From Takakia lepidozioides (taxonomy: Eukaryota; Plantae; Bryophyta), in NCBI GenBank assembly GCA_030704615.1, contig CM060731.1:2604001-2668000 (forward strand): a stretch of DNA of 64,000 bases, read 5' to 3'. Both the position numbers and the translations under genes were made by a program. This document shows, piece after piece, positions 12,587 through 25,007 of this stretch. Positions within the stretch are counted from its first letter, which is position 1, and every line of letters begins with the position of its first letter. Below the pieces are notes generated by a model. It made no database searches, had not been told where the DNA came from, and worked only from the letters and a program-made list of their open reading frames with translations.

Positions 12587-13250
12587 CTGCAAAGTACACA
12601 TGCCCACATGAGAGACTTCAAAGAGGACTTCGCCAGTGGACTTGGGTACTAACCCAGTAGACTCTCTGGTTGACTGGTCTGCCCGTCTGTTTCAAACGGA
12701 TTCAGGCAGCAGACTCGCCCACTCTGACCTGCCATGGGACTCATGATGGCTTCATAATTCCACTCAACATAAGATCATAAATATTACAGAGGGGTCGCTT
12801 TGACTATGATATTTCGCGTTTTTTTTTAATACGTCGCATTGAACATTAACCCGGGGTTGCAGCTCTAAAATTTAAATTTAAATTTTTTTTGGTATGAAAT
12901 AGGTGCTGGTGAGGTCACGTCCCCATCGGTACACGGAGGATGATTTCCGGAACGTTTATGCAGCTGTACAGCAACCCAACCCGGGTTCGAACAATGGTGT
13001 GGTTGACATACCTCCACGAGCACCTCGGCGCCGTAGACTCGATGATGTGCCAATTGTACCACATGTGCCTGAACAAGCTCCCGGGCATCCCATTCCGCTT
13101 CCTTTGCCGCCTCAAGGCCCTAGGCCTCCAGGTCCAGAGCCATGAGGCCCCAATCGGCCCACATTCGAGGAACCCCCGCCGAAGGAGTGGTGGGCACGGA
13201 CACTACCGGGGTTTCAACCAGTCATGCGTCAGGCACACATTGTTGAGGAC

Positions 13251-14187
13251 CACTACAAGAGAAATGGGCTTGCGGATGTGGCAAGGGTGAGTCTCTAAGA
13301 ACCCATCTTCCCCGCCGTCGCCGAGGCTGCGACGCTCCGTTGCAATTCCCCGATGTCACAACATCTCGGGGGCGTCGCAGAAAATTGGTTCTGGGAGTAG
13401 ATTGTAGAGCATAATGGGCTTGACATCCTCAGACTACAGCCATTGTCCAACAATAAGTTGCAATGCAGCTTCGCAAAACTTAGGCCCTTGATAGATATTT
13501 GTTCTTGAAGAACTTTGGGGACAAGTCTCGGTGCAAATTCCAGCTGTGAGAGCTCCTGCAGAGTACTCATAATCTGCAACACAATGATAGGATTGAAATA
13601 GTGATAGTTACCAGGAGGTAACTCTTGATATGTATATATATACTTGGACTGCTTTTGTGATACATAAATGTATTGTAGATGTGTTGGTTAGAGTGTAGTG
13701 TCTTAGAAATGTTATAACGTGGAGGTCCTAGGTTCAAATATGCATTGCCTAATTTATGTAGAACAATGTGTGAACTGCCATTGGACAAAACCGGAGTCAA
13801 TGGTCAACACCGAGTCAATGGTCAACTAGTTTTTGAAATTCAAAATTCAAATTCAAATTCAAATGTCCCCCCCTAAACAAGGTCGCAGATTTTTTTTTTA
13901 AAATTTTTTTTAATTTTTTTAATTTAATTTTTTGGGGTGCGAGGCCCGGACGTCGCAAGTCGCGCCGACGCCGTGGCGTCGCAGGTCGCGGCCGGGGGGT
14001 TTTCGATTCCCCAACAACATTAATTAGCGACGTTCCGGGAACTACGTCTCTGCAACATCTCTACGACTTTTCGACGTCGCAAAATGCCCCCGGCGCACCT
14101 CGGGCGCCTTAGAGTATTTCCGTCGCTAGGTTGGAGGTCGCTGGGGCATCGCTAAAACCCCCCCCCCCCCCCCCAAACGTAGTAGTG
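13251..14187. mobile_element. Short CACTA (En/Spm) derivative
   Basis: Starts CACTACAAGAGAAA and ends ...TAGTAGTG. Subterminal GTCGC/GCGAC repeats at both ends. The 3-bp flanks (GAC/TCT) do not match. Confidence 0.6.
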
Positions 14188-17100
14188 TCTGCCCCCCGGG
14201 GCTGTTTTTTTTTCCTTTGTGTTTCTTCGCCCCATCGCTTGTTTGCTTCTTCGCCCCCTTTTGTTCGCTCGCGCGCAGGTACCTGCCCAATCCCCCTGCG
14301 GGCTGTCAAAATGCAGCTCGCGCAAGGGGGTTTTTTTTTGTGTGTTTTGCTCGCCCCCTGACGTGTACTCGTCGTCTTGCCTGTTGCGCAGCTCGATTTC
14401 TCGTCGTCTTGCCTGCTGTGCAGCTCAGCTGCTTACTCTCTCACTCACTAAGTAAGTGCCGCGCCTACTTCCAATACAGCCCCACTAACGGCTATCTAAA
14501 AAATTGAGTTATGTTTTTTTTTTGCCTGTTTTTAATTGTTTGGTTGGTGGGTTTTGTTACACCAGCAGTCAGTAGCTCAGTTGGTTAGTGCACTGAGTGC
14601 CAGCCAGATTATTGTTTTTGTTACTTTAGTTAGTTTTGTTTGTTTGTTAGTTAGGGTTCAATTTTAAACTTTTTTATCTTAGCTAGTTTTGTTTGTTTGT
14701 TAATATGTTCTATGGTACCATCCCTATTTTTTTTGCTTCTTTTGAGGTCATGGGCATTTGTTTGCATTGTAGGCATGGCCCGGGATGAGGACAAGACCCC
14801 TCGTCGCCCTCCTTCCGGGAAGAAGAAACGACATGATAACCTGGATCTGCCCCCGCGCATTACTCGTTCGGCAAGGAAGAGAGGCGAGGTGGGTGCCTCG
14901 GCGGATGTTTCTGCCTCCCCACCCCCCGCGGCTGCTGGTCCTGCCTTGGCTAATATTGCTGCCCCGGAGTCCCCCGGCGGCAGGCCCCCCACCCCCCCGG
15001 CCGGTCCCTCCGGCAGAGGTAGGGCATACACCACCCGCATATCCCCGAATTATTCAGGAGGGCCCTAGGAAGGGTTATCTCGATATCCCGGATGGCCCTA
15101 GCCCTAATTCGCATATGAAGGCTGTCCTGGAACGTTCACGGGCAGCCGTGCTTGAGGCAAGAGAGAGGGAGAGGGTCGAGCGGACTTTGCGCCATGGGTT
15201 GGGGTCAGAGGTGGAGGAGGGTGGTGATGCTAGGGATAGTTCATCATGGCAACATGAGGCCGCCGCCGAGGCTGCGGCGGCAGCTATGTTATCTTTAGCC
15301 CCCGGTGGTGCGGCGCCCTCTCCCTCACATGTTCATGGCAGCACCGGGGGTGTCTCCACCTCGACCAGACGTCGTTTGGTGGATGCCGGAAACCTCTTGC
15401 CAACTTGGAATGCCGCCTCTCCCACCAAGAAGGCGGCGCTCTTGGCGCAATAGGGCATTCCCATTACGGCGACCGTTGCCTTTGACCACCAGGTAAATAT
15501 ATCCTATCCAGATTTGTTCTTAGTTTTTCTCATCTTTTTTGAACTTGTAAATTTTAGAAGATGAATAAATTAGGTGGTTGATTCTACTGGCATGTGTTTA
15601 ATTTGCAGGGTTCGGCCTCCTTTAGCTCAATGCAGAGTTACACGATGGGGGCACGGCCCCTAGAGGTCCCACTTGTCATTGATGAGGGGGCTAGAGAGAG
15701 ACGCATGCAAAGAGAGAAAGAAAGTGAGGATTGTTGAGAAGGGAAAAGGCCTATCATTAGAACCCCCAAAGAAGAAAAAGAGGCCTTGCAAGGATGTCGT
15801 AGAGTTGAGAGATGTACGGGTGGGGGAGGGCACTAGTAGTCAGCCCAATGTGTTGGGAAATACAAGTGGGGTTAGTGGGAAGAACTCTGATGTGGTAGCG
15901 CCCAGAAGTGGTAAGGGAGGGAAGACCAAAAAGCGCAAAAAGAGGGGAGAGAATGTTGTACTTCAGATCCCACCTTTAGAGGTGAACCAATTTGGATATC
16001 CTGTGGGGGAATTTTGGGAGGTCATGAAGAAATATGCCTTCCCAAAGGTAGCTAGGTGGTTCCCTTGGCATGTGGAGTGGACCCAAATTCCGTGGGTGCA
16101 TCATAGAGAGTTTGTGGATGAGGTAGAAAATGTCTTTGGGGGTCATTGGAATGAGACCCGGTTGATGGGGCTGATCAGGAAGAACATGAGGGACAAGTGC
16201 GAGGATGGAGATCCAAAACGCAACAAAGAGGGGGCTCGTTCCCAAGAGGCCTCCAACCTGTTCGCAGGTATGCCATCTCACTCGTCTCTTGTCTTTCCAT
16301 TGTATTTCCCCCCCCCCATGTGTAAGCCTCTTCATGCATGCTTTCATGTATATGAAGAACTAATAAATGAGGATGGATGCCTAGAGTCTTGGGAGATCCT
16401 CATTGCCGAGGAGACTAATGGCGAGAAGAATCCGAAGTTTGCTCGAGGTCGTGAGGCAGCCACCCTCCGCCTAGAGAAAGGGGATTCCACGCACAAATTT
16501 GGCCCCGGAGGAGCCAAATTGTTCGCCACCCGCTTTGTAAGATCTTCATTCCCTATCGATTTTGTTTTTTTGTTTTTTTTCTTCAAGTATGTTTTCGCTA
16601 ATCTTCTCTATCTCTTTCTAATGCGAATATTTTATTTGTTTATACTCTTGTGAAGACAAAAAAGTTTGGGAGACAACCCTCCATTGAGGAGGTGGAGTAT
16701 GCCAAGATCCATGGGTATGTGGGCCTCGTTACACGAATGAAGGCATGTAAGATGCTCAAGAACAGGAGGAGGAAGAAGAGGTTGTCCTCTAAGGTTCAGC
16801 TAGGTACTGAGGGTGATGACGGGGAGAACCACGATGATGAGAGTGGCGATAGTGAGGATAGTGAGAGTGATGATAGTCATGTGAGTGAGACGGACACCGA
16901 CGGTGATGGTGATGACGATGGTGTTGACGACAATGATGCAGCTAGTGAGGGATCTAGCCCCGAGAGTTTGGAGGGCCAAGGTGAGTAGTAGGGATGATGT
17001 ACACGATCTTTTCAGGTCAATTTTCATGTATATATGTATATACGCATGCGCATGATGTGGTGCTCCCACAATCCCAAATTCCCTAAACCTAAACCTAGCC

Positions 17101-17997
17101 CTAAACTCACAATCCTAATCCAGGCCTCAAACCTTGGTGCGACCTCCCAGGCGTCGCAAATCTACAAAAGAAAAGAAACCAGACCATCGGGGGCTGCCCT
17201 AAAATTCTATTTGAAATAAAGCGTCGCAGGTTTAATGCGACGCCCAAAGCGTCGCAGATTGGGGCCACCATAATATTGTTTTTTAAAAATAAACCGTCGC
17301 AGGTTTACTGCGATGCACAGGATGTCGCAGATGGGGGCCACCCTAAAATTTGATTTGAAATAAAACCGTTGCAAATTAACTGTGACGCGTCTGCCGTCGC
17401 ACATTGGGGCACGTATTGGGGCCCCCAAAACCGTCGCAGTATTACTGAGGTCGCAAGCAGGGCACCTATATATATATAAATAATAAGCCGAAAGAAAAAA
17501 CAAAAAAGAATTTCAATTACCCGAAAGGCGTCGCAGTTTTACTGCGACACATCAGACGTCGCAGGAATGGATTAAACAAGAATATTTTATAATTAACAGT
17601 AATTATTTAAAAACTTCAAATAAAATGCGTCGCACGGAAAAGGCGACGCCCGGTACGATGCAGCGGGGAAGCGACGCACAGGGCATCGCTCTTGAATGCG
17701 ACGTTGTGCACGTCGCATGCCAGGCGGTGCATGCTTGAACCACATGCGACGCCGAGGTCGTCGCATGTGTTACCGACGTCAGGCGCGTCGCAACACTTGG
17801 GATCCTGGGTGGCGCAATCTGCGACCCCCCTGGCGTCACCTTAAGTCCGGAATCTGCGACACCCCCATAGCGATGCATTTGCGACGCCAGAGGCGTCGCA
17901 GATTTGCGATTTCCGCCGGGGTGGAAATCCACGATTAGCGTCGCCTGGGGCGTCGCTAGCGCCCCCCCCCCCCCCCCCCCCGCAAAATGGTGTAGTG
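14188..17997 (+). mobile_element. CACTA element fragment (ORF2 plus right end)
   Basis: Dense GTCGCA/TGCGAC subterminal repeats at 17140-17960, a poly-C tract, and the terminus GGTGTAGTG at 17997. Confidence 0.65.
14775..16988 (+). pseudogene. Multi-exon CACTA ORF2/TnpA-like gene
   Basis: EVNQFGYPVGEFW...ARWFPWHVEWTQIPW...VENVF resembles the conserved block of plant En/Spm ORF2 proteins. Low-complexity N-terminus, acidic C-terminus, stops present. Confidence 0.5.
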
Positions 17998-18078
17998 AGT
18001 GCACCAAAACCCTTAATTCGGAAGGACATGTAGCGTGTTGGCAATGAAACAGACTCCTAACTGTCAAATCCCCGGGAA

Positions 18079-18253
18079 AGTAGTCGTTGCCGACTATAAC
18101 TCTCAGAGATTGCACCCCTGTCCAGTAGTCGCCATGGACTATGACACCAAATGATCCTAAACCCGTGTCATAGTCGGTGCCGACTACGACTCCCAACTAT
18201 TCGTTAGTATGACTGCCAACCAGACCTCGTCCGGGAGTCGTTGTCGACTATGA
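18079..18253. repeat. Four copies of the imperfect palindrome TAGTCG-N4-CGACTA
   Basis: TAGTCGTTGCCGACTA, TAGTCGCCATGGACTA, TAGTCGGTGCCGACTA and GAGTCGTTGTCGACTA. Confidence 0.7.
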
Positions 18254-18701
18254 CGCATCGCTACCCCAGAGACTCTACCTCATCCGTAAAGGATGAACGC
18301 ACACCATGGCAATTACCAACCATTGTCATCCAGCATAAGGATGAACTACGTAGAAGGAAACAGCGACAGAAACCAAGATCATCCAAGAGAAGGATGAAAG
18401 TCACACAAAACCGTTACCAGAAGCCAAGTGCTTCTTGGTAATCGCCGGCCGAGCACTTAAAGCTAACTGCGCTTTAAAGCCAGAAGGACAGCACAACAGG
18501 ATTATCTCCATAGGAACTTCTAGAGAAGTGCAAGTGGAAACCCAAAGGGCAGAACCCCTACTTAAACCCAGAAAGACTTTCCATACTTCCTCTTCTGCGA
18601 ACTGGAAATTGTTGTCTACGCAAATTCCAGTGTGCTTTATACTACTATTGATACAGGAATTGGCTCTCCAATTCCTTGCAGCAACAACAAAACTTAGAGA
18701 A

Positions 18702-19289
18702 ATGGCAGGCACCAAGCGGAAGACACAGGGATCCTTTTCGCATATTACTTTCAAGATCAGCGTCGTCTTGAGGAAGATTGACGAAGATGCAGAGACGCAG
18801 GCAACACTGACGAGTCTTGGCTTACGGTACTTCATTAGTACCCTGGATTGGAACCTCAAGCATGATGATCTGTGTAGGGAGTTCTTGGAGAACTACAACA
18901 CCAACAGTCGGTCTACGCGCGTCCGCAACACACAAATCCTACTGACCGAGCAATACTTGGCGGAGGTGTTCCATCTTCCCAGTCAGGACGTCCCAGTGAC
19001 ATCAACAAACCCCAGAGGTTTGTCATTACAGACCTGTTTGAGAAACTCACACAACCCGACCAAGGCTATACATGCAAGGACAGCAAAGACCCCGACTTTG
19101 AGAAGGTCGGCCCAGTGCTTAGCGCGTTGTTTTGCCTTAGGAAAAACCACAGCTACTGCACTAAGGAGCTGGTATAACAGGTTTTGATTTGCCTCAATGG
19201 GCAAATCGTTAACAGGGCAGGCTTCTTGTTGAAGAAGCTGATCGAGGAGCTTACCCGCTGACGAAGAAGAAGAACCAGCTGAAATTTAC
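18702..19289 (+). pseudogene. Retrotransposon accessory-ORF-like fragment (putative plant transposon protein)
   Basis: LCREFLENY...TRVRNTQILLTEQYLAEVFHLP pattern. Frameshifted and cut by the LTR at 19290. Confidence 0.45.
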
Positions 19290-20012
19290 TGTCGCGCACC
19301 TCACTTCGGTAAGCTCCCCTTCAAGTCATAGTTACTCGCTTTGATGCGCGCGCCTAACTCCCAAACTGGCCGCCGGGCCAACTCGGAGCTTCGGCTGCTC
19401 ACCGGGACATAACGGTCCCCCTTTGCTCCTCCACAAGACCCTCTCTCAATTTGGGCCTAGTGGAAATTCCCTTTGGTTGTTGGCAGTCCGGAACAGCTCC
19501 CCACACCTTGGTCGCTTTCCGGCTCGCACGCTTACTTACTAGTTTTGGTCACCAATGGGCTTGCACCGTTCTCGGGGTTACTACTCCCTATATATACTTC
19601 TGTGACTGTCCGCGGGGGTTTCACAAGCAACACAGTCATTTTATGGCGAACCACCACGAAAACCCTCGATTCCCGGTGATGAGTCGCGGTGAGTCTTGGC
19701 CCACCCACCACAGCCCCATTGGACCGTGATGAGTCCCAAGACTCCCCACGACTCCCACCACAAGGTCTTTGCCCCATGGTGAGTCCTATGTCACCCCCAC
19801 TAAGACCCACTAAGCTACCACCACTCCTCGTGGAACCACCCCCACCGCAACCCGGTGTGCGGGGCTCCACCTAGTGAGCACCTCCGCCTCCTTGAGTGCT
19901 TTGGGCACTCAAGGGTGCTTCGGCCCCGTACCTATTGTTGCCACTACCCCCACCACAGGGGCAGCCCCTCTTGTGTCCCGACCCCCTGTCCTCAAGGCAA
20001 AGGGCCGCGACA
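19290..20012 (-). mobile_element. Chromovirus 3' LTR
   Basis: TGTCGCG...CGCGACA ends. Direct repeat of 61091-61820. PPT-like GGTAGGGGTTG adjacent on the minus strand. Confidence 0.9.
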
Positions 20013-20929
20013 CAACCCCTACCAGCAGGGAGTCGATGTCCTCATCGACTTGTCCATTTGTAGAAACTAACTTCCAAGATGTGGCGTCCCATATCAAGGA
20101 GTTTGTTTCTGTACCATGGCGTCCCATGGCAAAGAACCAAACCCCCTACTTGACTCTACTCTCCACTAGCTAGTTCGGCCGACTTCCTCCAAGTCCCGGC
20201 CAAGGGTGGAGCCTCTCAAGCTCCTCCCAGTGCACTCTTCTTGGCCCACTTCAAGGCCAAGGAATGATCCTCCCCGAGGATCGAATCACCTTACTGCAAC
20301 AACATTGCTTGCGATCGCTCATGATGCCGCTTTTGGCATCACCTTGGGTAAGGGTTCACCTTGAACCCTTTTTGACTAGGAAGATAACCTTGAACCAACC
20401 GTGCGCCCCAATCACTACAATTGGGTCCGCCTTGGAATGCTGGCCTGAGGTACGGGAACACGCCGAAGCCACAGTACGACTTCGTCCCGAGGTTACACGA
20501 ACGGAAGCACGTAGCTTCCGCGTTAATCCGCACTACAAGACAACCCCCTCGGTAGCGCAGTTATAGTACGTGCACGCGCTAGGTGCACACTAGCACGTGA
20601 ATTCCCAAAGAAGGCGCAAGTTTCATTGCCCATTGGATGGGAGTCACCCAATTTTGGCACTGCGCAAACACACGATTAATCCAATTTACCTCTCCCACTT
20701 TTGTAAGCTAGCATGCATTCTACACACTAGCCAACCATACCATGCATCACCATTCCAAACAAAATAGGACGCACAACATTTGGAAACCATTTCATTTATA
20801 ACAACATTTGTACAATACAAGTTTTTGCAATCGGATTCCTGAGCTAGCTAAGCCGGGCTAAGCATACATTTCCTCCCCCACGATCCAAGGTTTATGTCCC
20901 CATCAACGCTTCTTCCGCTTTTGAGGTTG

Positions 20930-22281
20930 CCCTTCGAAAGCTGCAACCGCCTCGGATGCGGTTCCCATTTCTGAGGCACGCACCTAACTTGCCTCCACTT
21001 GATGATAGCCCTTCCATTTCACGAGATACTCCGTTTCTTGATTCTTGAACCTCATCGACTTAAAGCACTGCCTCCACCTCATACTCAGGTTCATTTTCAT
21101 GATCCAACAGCACATGAGGCGGATGCAATACTTGATGCCGATTCGGACGCGCTTCATCTTTGAAGTAAGGCTTCAAAATGGAGACGTGGAATATCGGATG
21201 CACCTTGCTATTTGCCGGCAGCTCCAATTTGTACACATCCTCATTCATAACCTTCCGGATGCGAAAGGGCCACGCATACGGAGGTACGAACTTCGGACTC
21301 ACTTCCGGAGGTAGTCGAAAATTCTTTGATGTTCAACCAGACCTCTGTGCCTGCCTCAAACTTAACTTCCCTCCGCTTCCGATTCGTCTGCCGTTCATAC
21401 CATTTCCTAGCTTTGGCAATGTTATACTTTGCGAGCTTCAACAAACGCTCGCGTTCTTCCAGCATCGCTGCTGCTGCCGGTTCCTCAACGTCCTGGGCGG
21501 TCCGACTTGTCGGCACCAAAGGTGCTTTTCCATAGACCAATACGAAAGGGGAAACTCCCGTTGCGGAGTGTTTTGTGTTATTATAACAGAACTCTGCCGC
21601 ATCCAAGTGCTCCACCCAGTCTGATTGGTCTGCCGACACATAATTCCGCAAGATTTGCTTCACCACGGAATTCACTCTTTCCGTTTGGCCGTCGGTCGTA
21701 GGTCGGAAAGCGGTGCTCATCTTGAGCCTCGTCCCCATTTTCTTCCAAAGTGCCCTCCAAAATTTACTTGTAAACTTTGGATCGCGGTCCGAGACAATAT
21801 CCTTTGGAAGTCCATGATGCTTGAAGACGTGGGCGAAGTAAAGTCGCCCCGTTTCCTACGCCGTTGCCGTCTCCTTGGTGGGGATGAAATGGCCCATTTT
21901 ACTGAACCTATCCACCACCACCATGATTGCATTGAATCCTTTTGATAGGGGCATAGCAGTCATGAAATCCATCGAGACACTTTCCCAAGACCCCTCTGGA
22001 ATCGGCAAGGGTTGTAACAGCCCCGCTTGCTTTTTGTACTCGCTCCGGTTTTGTTGGCATGTGGTGCATGTCTTGACATACTCCTCGGCCTCCTCCCTCA
22101 GTTTGGGCCAAAAATACTCTTTCTTCAAGAGTGCCGCGGTGCGCTTGGTTCCGCCGTGGCCCGCAAGCGGGCCATCGTGGCATTCTCTCAAGAGACTATC
22201 TTTGATCCTTCCCTTCGGCACGTAGAGACGCTTTTGCTTGTACCGGAGCAGTCCATTGTGCAAGTGGAACTGCGATTTAAC
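20930..22281 (-). pseudogene. Ty3/Gypsy chromovirus integrase plus chromodomain
   Basis: HHCC (CHDGPLAGHGG...CTTCQ), SMDFM, VVVDRFSK, TDGQTERVN, VHPIFHVSILKPY, then EYEVEAVL...YLVKWKGY. Frameshifts present. Confidence 0.9.
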
Positions 22282-22879
22282 TGTCATGGTCTTAGTCATG
22301 GTTAACTAGAATTACCTACTTCTAGTTAACTAGGACATTTTGGATATTTATATTTGTATTTTGTGTGTTGGGACTTCATTTGGTCTCACATGCCAAGTGA
22401 GGTGTCAAACCTCACTGGGGGCTGCTATTTCATGAGCCATGAGCCATGAGCGGCATGAGCCATGAGCAGAGTCGTAAGTGTGGAAAAAAACATGAGCAGC
22501 ACTATTTTCCGGAAATGAGTGTCCGCGGGAATAGGGTTTAGGGTGCCACGGTCATAGGGGGAGAAGGACCTCCCGATGAAGGAGGTTCGGCAATGTTATT
22601 TAGAATTATATATTGAAAGGCAATGTTTCGCGAATGGTAGGGTGGTACTGATCTGTACAATGGGGGCCCATTTCAGCCTACCAGCCACTTGCAAAATCCA
22701 CCCACACTCCCAATCCCAAACGAAATGAGCAATGACGCATTCTCGGAACGATGGACACAGAATAGAATAAAAAGAGGGCACAATGAGGTTTTTATCGATC
22801 CACATGAATTGCATTTGAAGCACGTCTACTGTGCTGATTGTGCAATCAAATCTTTAGCCCTGTGCCTATTGAATACAAG

Positions 22880-23709
22880 TCACGTTGTCAATGGGACTTC
22901 GACTGCTCTCAGAACTAGCTCATGAGTCATGGGGCTCCTCCATGTAAAGTCGATTGCAGCCGTTGTACCGCCCCTAGTGATGTTCACCACAATGTCCTGC
23001 CCTTCAATCATACCACCATCGAATATGGAAATCTTCACGTTTTCGTCGTCCACACCAATGCGAATGTCCCCATACAATGGAGAAGAGGAGCGCACTCCTC
23101 GAGGAGAATAGGTCTCTCCGATGGAGTCCACCCACGTCCAGTGGCAGCAGTTCCACCGCAACAGCATAGCAGTGCGCCTTCTTCTGCATGGGTGACCGTC
23201 GTAGCTGGGAAAATCGGAATCGAGGATGCGCAGGAGCCACGGACTCCTCAGACCAAGATCGTCACCCCGCTCGAAGGCGTAGTGGCCTACGATATACTCA
23301 AAAGCCACCAATGTTTCCACAATCGAACCAGTATCTTCTGTGTAATCTGTGTACCAGATAACAATGTCTCCCGATGTGGCCGAATACATTGCATAATCGA
23401 TGCCTCCAAAGGGGCAGTCGTCCCGGTTCCGGAAGCACGGCATCCTTGCAAAGGAGGACCTGAGGACGACTTGGATGCCGATGACCTTGCGGACAGCTAC
23501 GAAGCCCTTAGATTTTGGAAATGATACGAAGCGGAAGAGCAGTCCGGCCTCCAAAATGGAGCATCTGGGTCACACGTACCCACCGACGGAGGTGGAACGT
23601 GTTCATCACGCCAGCGGTGGATGAAGCCATACATCTTTCTCATCAACAAGTTATAGTTTGAGATTTGCCACCGAAGTCCATCCCCCCGGATGGAAATTCG
23701 GCGCCGCAT
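22880..23709 (-). pseudogene. Cargo ORF of unknown function, weakly OTU-protease-like
   Basis: 224-aa ORF plus an upstream frame. IRGDGLRW, PFGGIDY and LLRWNCCHW occur in OTU motif order, but no catalytic Cys follows GDG. Confidence 0.25.
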
Positions 23710-24820
23710 TTACATCGAAGAGGGGATGGACTTCGTCGTGTCCAGTGGCTATCGGCCCACCTGGCAGTGACTGCCCATAGTTTGCATGGCAGGGTAGGAA
23801 ACTGAAACGGCTACATTCATGCAGCAGCCAATCTTCATCGGTCCAGGATCCTGTACGGGGGAAATTTAAATGTGCCCTGGAGTGTGCCCTGGAATGTACC
23901 TCACTTCTGTATGACTGTGTTTCATTGTGTTGAATAACTCTCGGATTTGGCCCACTGTTTACAATTTGATGTCTCATTTCTACAATTTGTCTGTCTGGTT
24001 GAATAAAGCAGAGTAACCGGTATGTGAGTCATGTGTCAAGAATATACCAGAGTAACGCCATGTCGGACATTGAAATGCGGCACCGCATTTCCATGTCCGC
24101 ATCGAAATGCGGCACCGCATTTCCATGTCGGACATCGAAATTCGGCACCGCATTTCCATGTCGGACATCGAAATGCGGCACCGCATTTCCATGTGGGACA
24201 AGAAAATGCGGTGGATCATTTCCGTCCAGGTACACGAAATACCAACTCGGGTCTATAAATTGATCAGAAAACGAGGTTGGCATTGCAAATGCGGCGACGC
24301 ATTTCCAGATTGGCAATGGAAACTTCTTTTTGGACAAGGGAATGCGGTGCCGCATTTCCGTCCAACACTTCGAAAAGTGCACCTATTTCCGACCAGCGCG
24401 ATGGAATGCGTTACCGCATTTCCGAGAGAGGGTCTGCAAATTGACAAATTGCGATGTCCGTTCTGGAAATGCGGCGCCGCATTTCCATGTCCGTCATCGA
24501 TTTTTTTTTTACAATGGAATGCGGTGCCAGTTTTTGCTGATGGGTCTGCAGTTCGAACAACCACCATCCCCAATATGGAAATGCGGCACCGCATTTCCAA
24601 TCCCGCCATGTCGGCCTCCTTGTTCGACCTCCTTGTTCGACCTCTGTAAGCGTGGTGGCATCCATGCAATGAGCGGGAGAGGCCAAAACTGGCGTGTGGA
24701 CAAAGGAAATTTTGGAAATGCGGCACCGCATTCCCAATTCAGATTACTTTTTACTATGCCAACATTGAAATGGATAAATTAGTCCCTCCCCTGTTTTGGA
24801 AATGCGGTGCCGCATTTCCA
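23692..24820. repeat. Family-B palindrome array GAAATGCGG-NN-CCGCATTTC (left arm)
   Basis: About 13 copies, four in ~33-bp tandem units (24072, 24104, 24137, 24170) and the rest dispersed. Confidence 0.95.
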
Positions 24821-25007
24821 AAAGAGGTTCTTAGAGTTGCCAAAATTTTGGAAATGCCCTGACCCATTTCTGATTTTGGGAGCGTCCTGGTTTGGGCGAT
24901 TGTGTGGCTGGAATGCACACTGGAGAGGGGTCACGAATGTCGGGCAGAATTTTCTTTATATACTCTGGAAGAGAATTTACATTTACAGAGACTTCATTAA
25001 AATTCTA

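Noticed and set aside
13251-17997. GTCGCA/TGCGAC arrays as another novel binding-site system
   Set aside because: They are explained as ordinary CACTA subterminal repeats next to CACTA/TAGTG termini.
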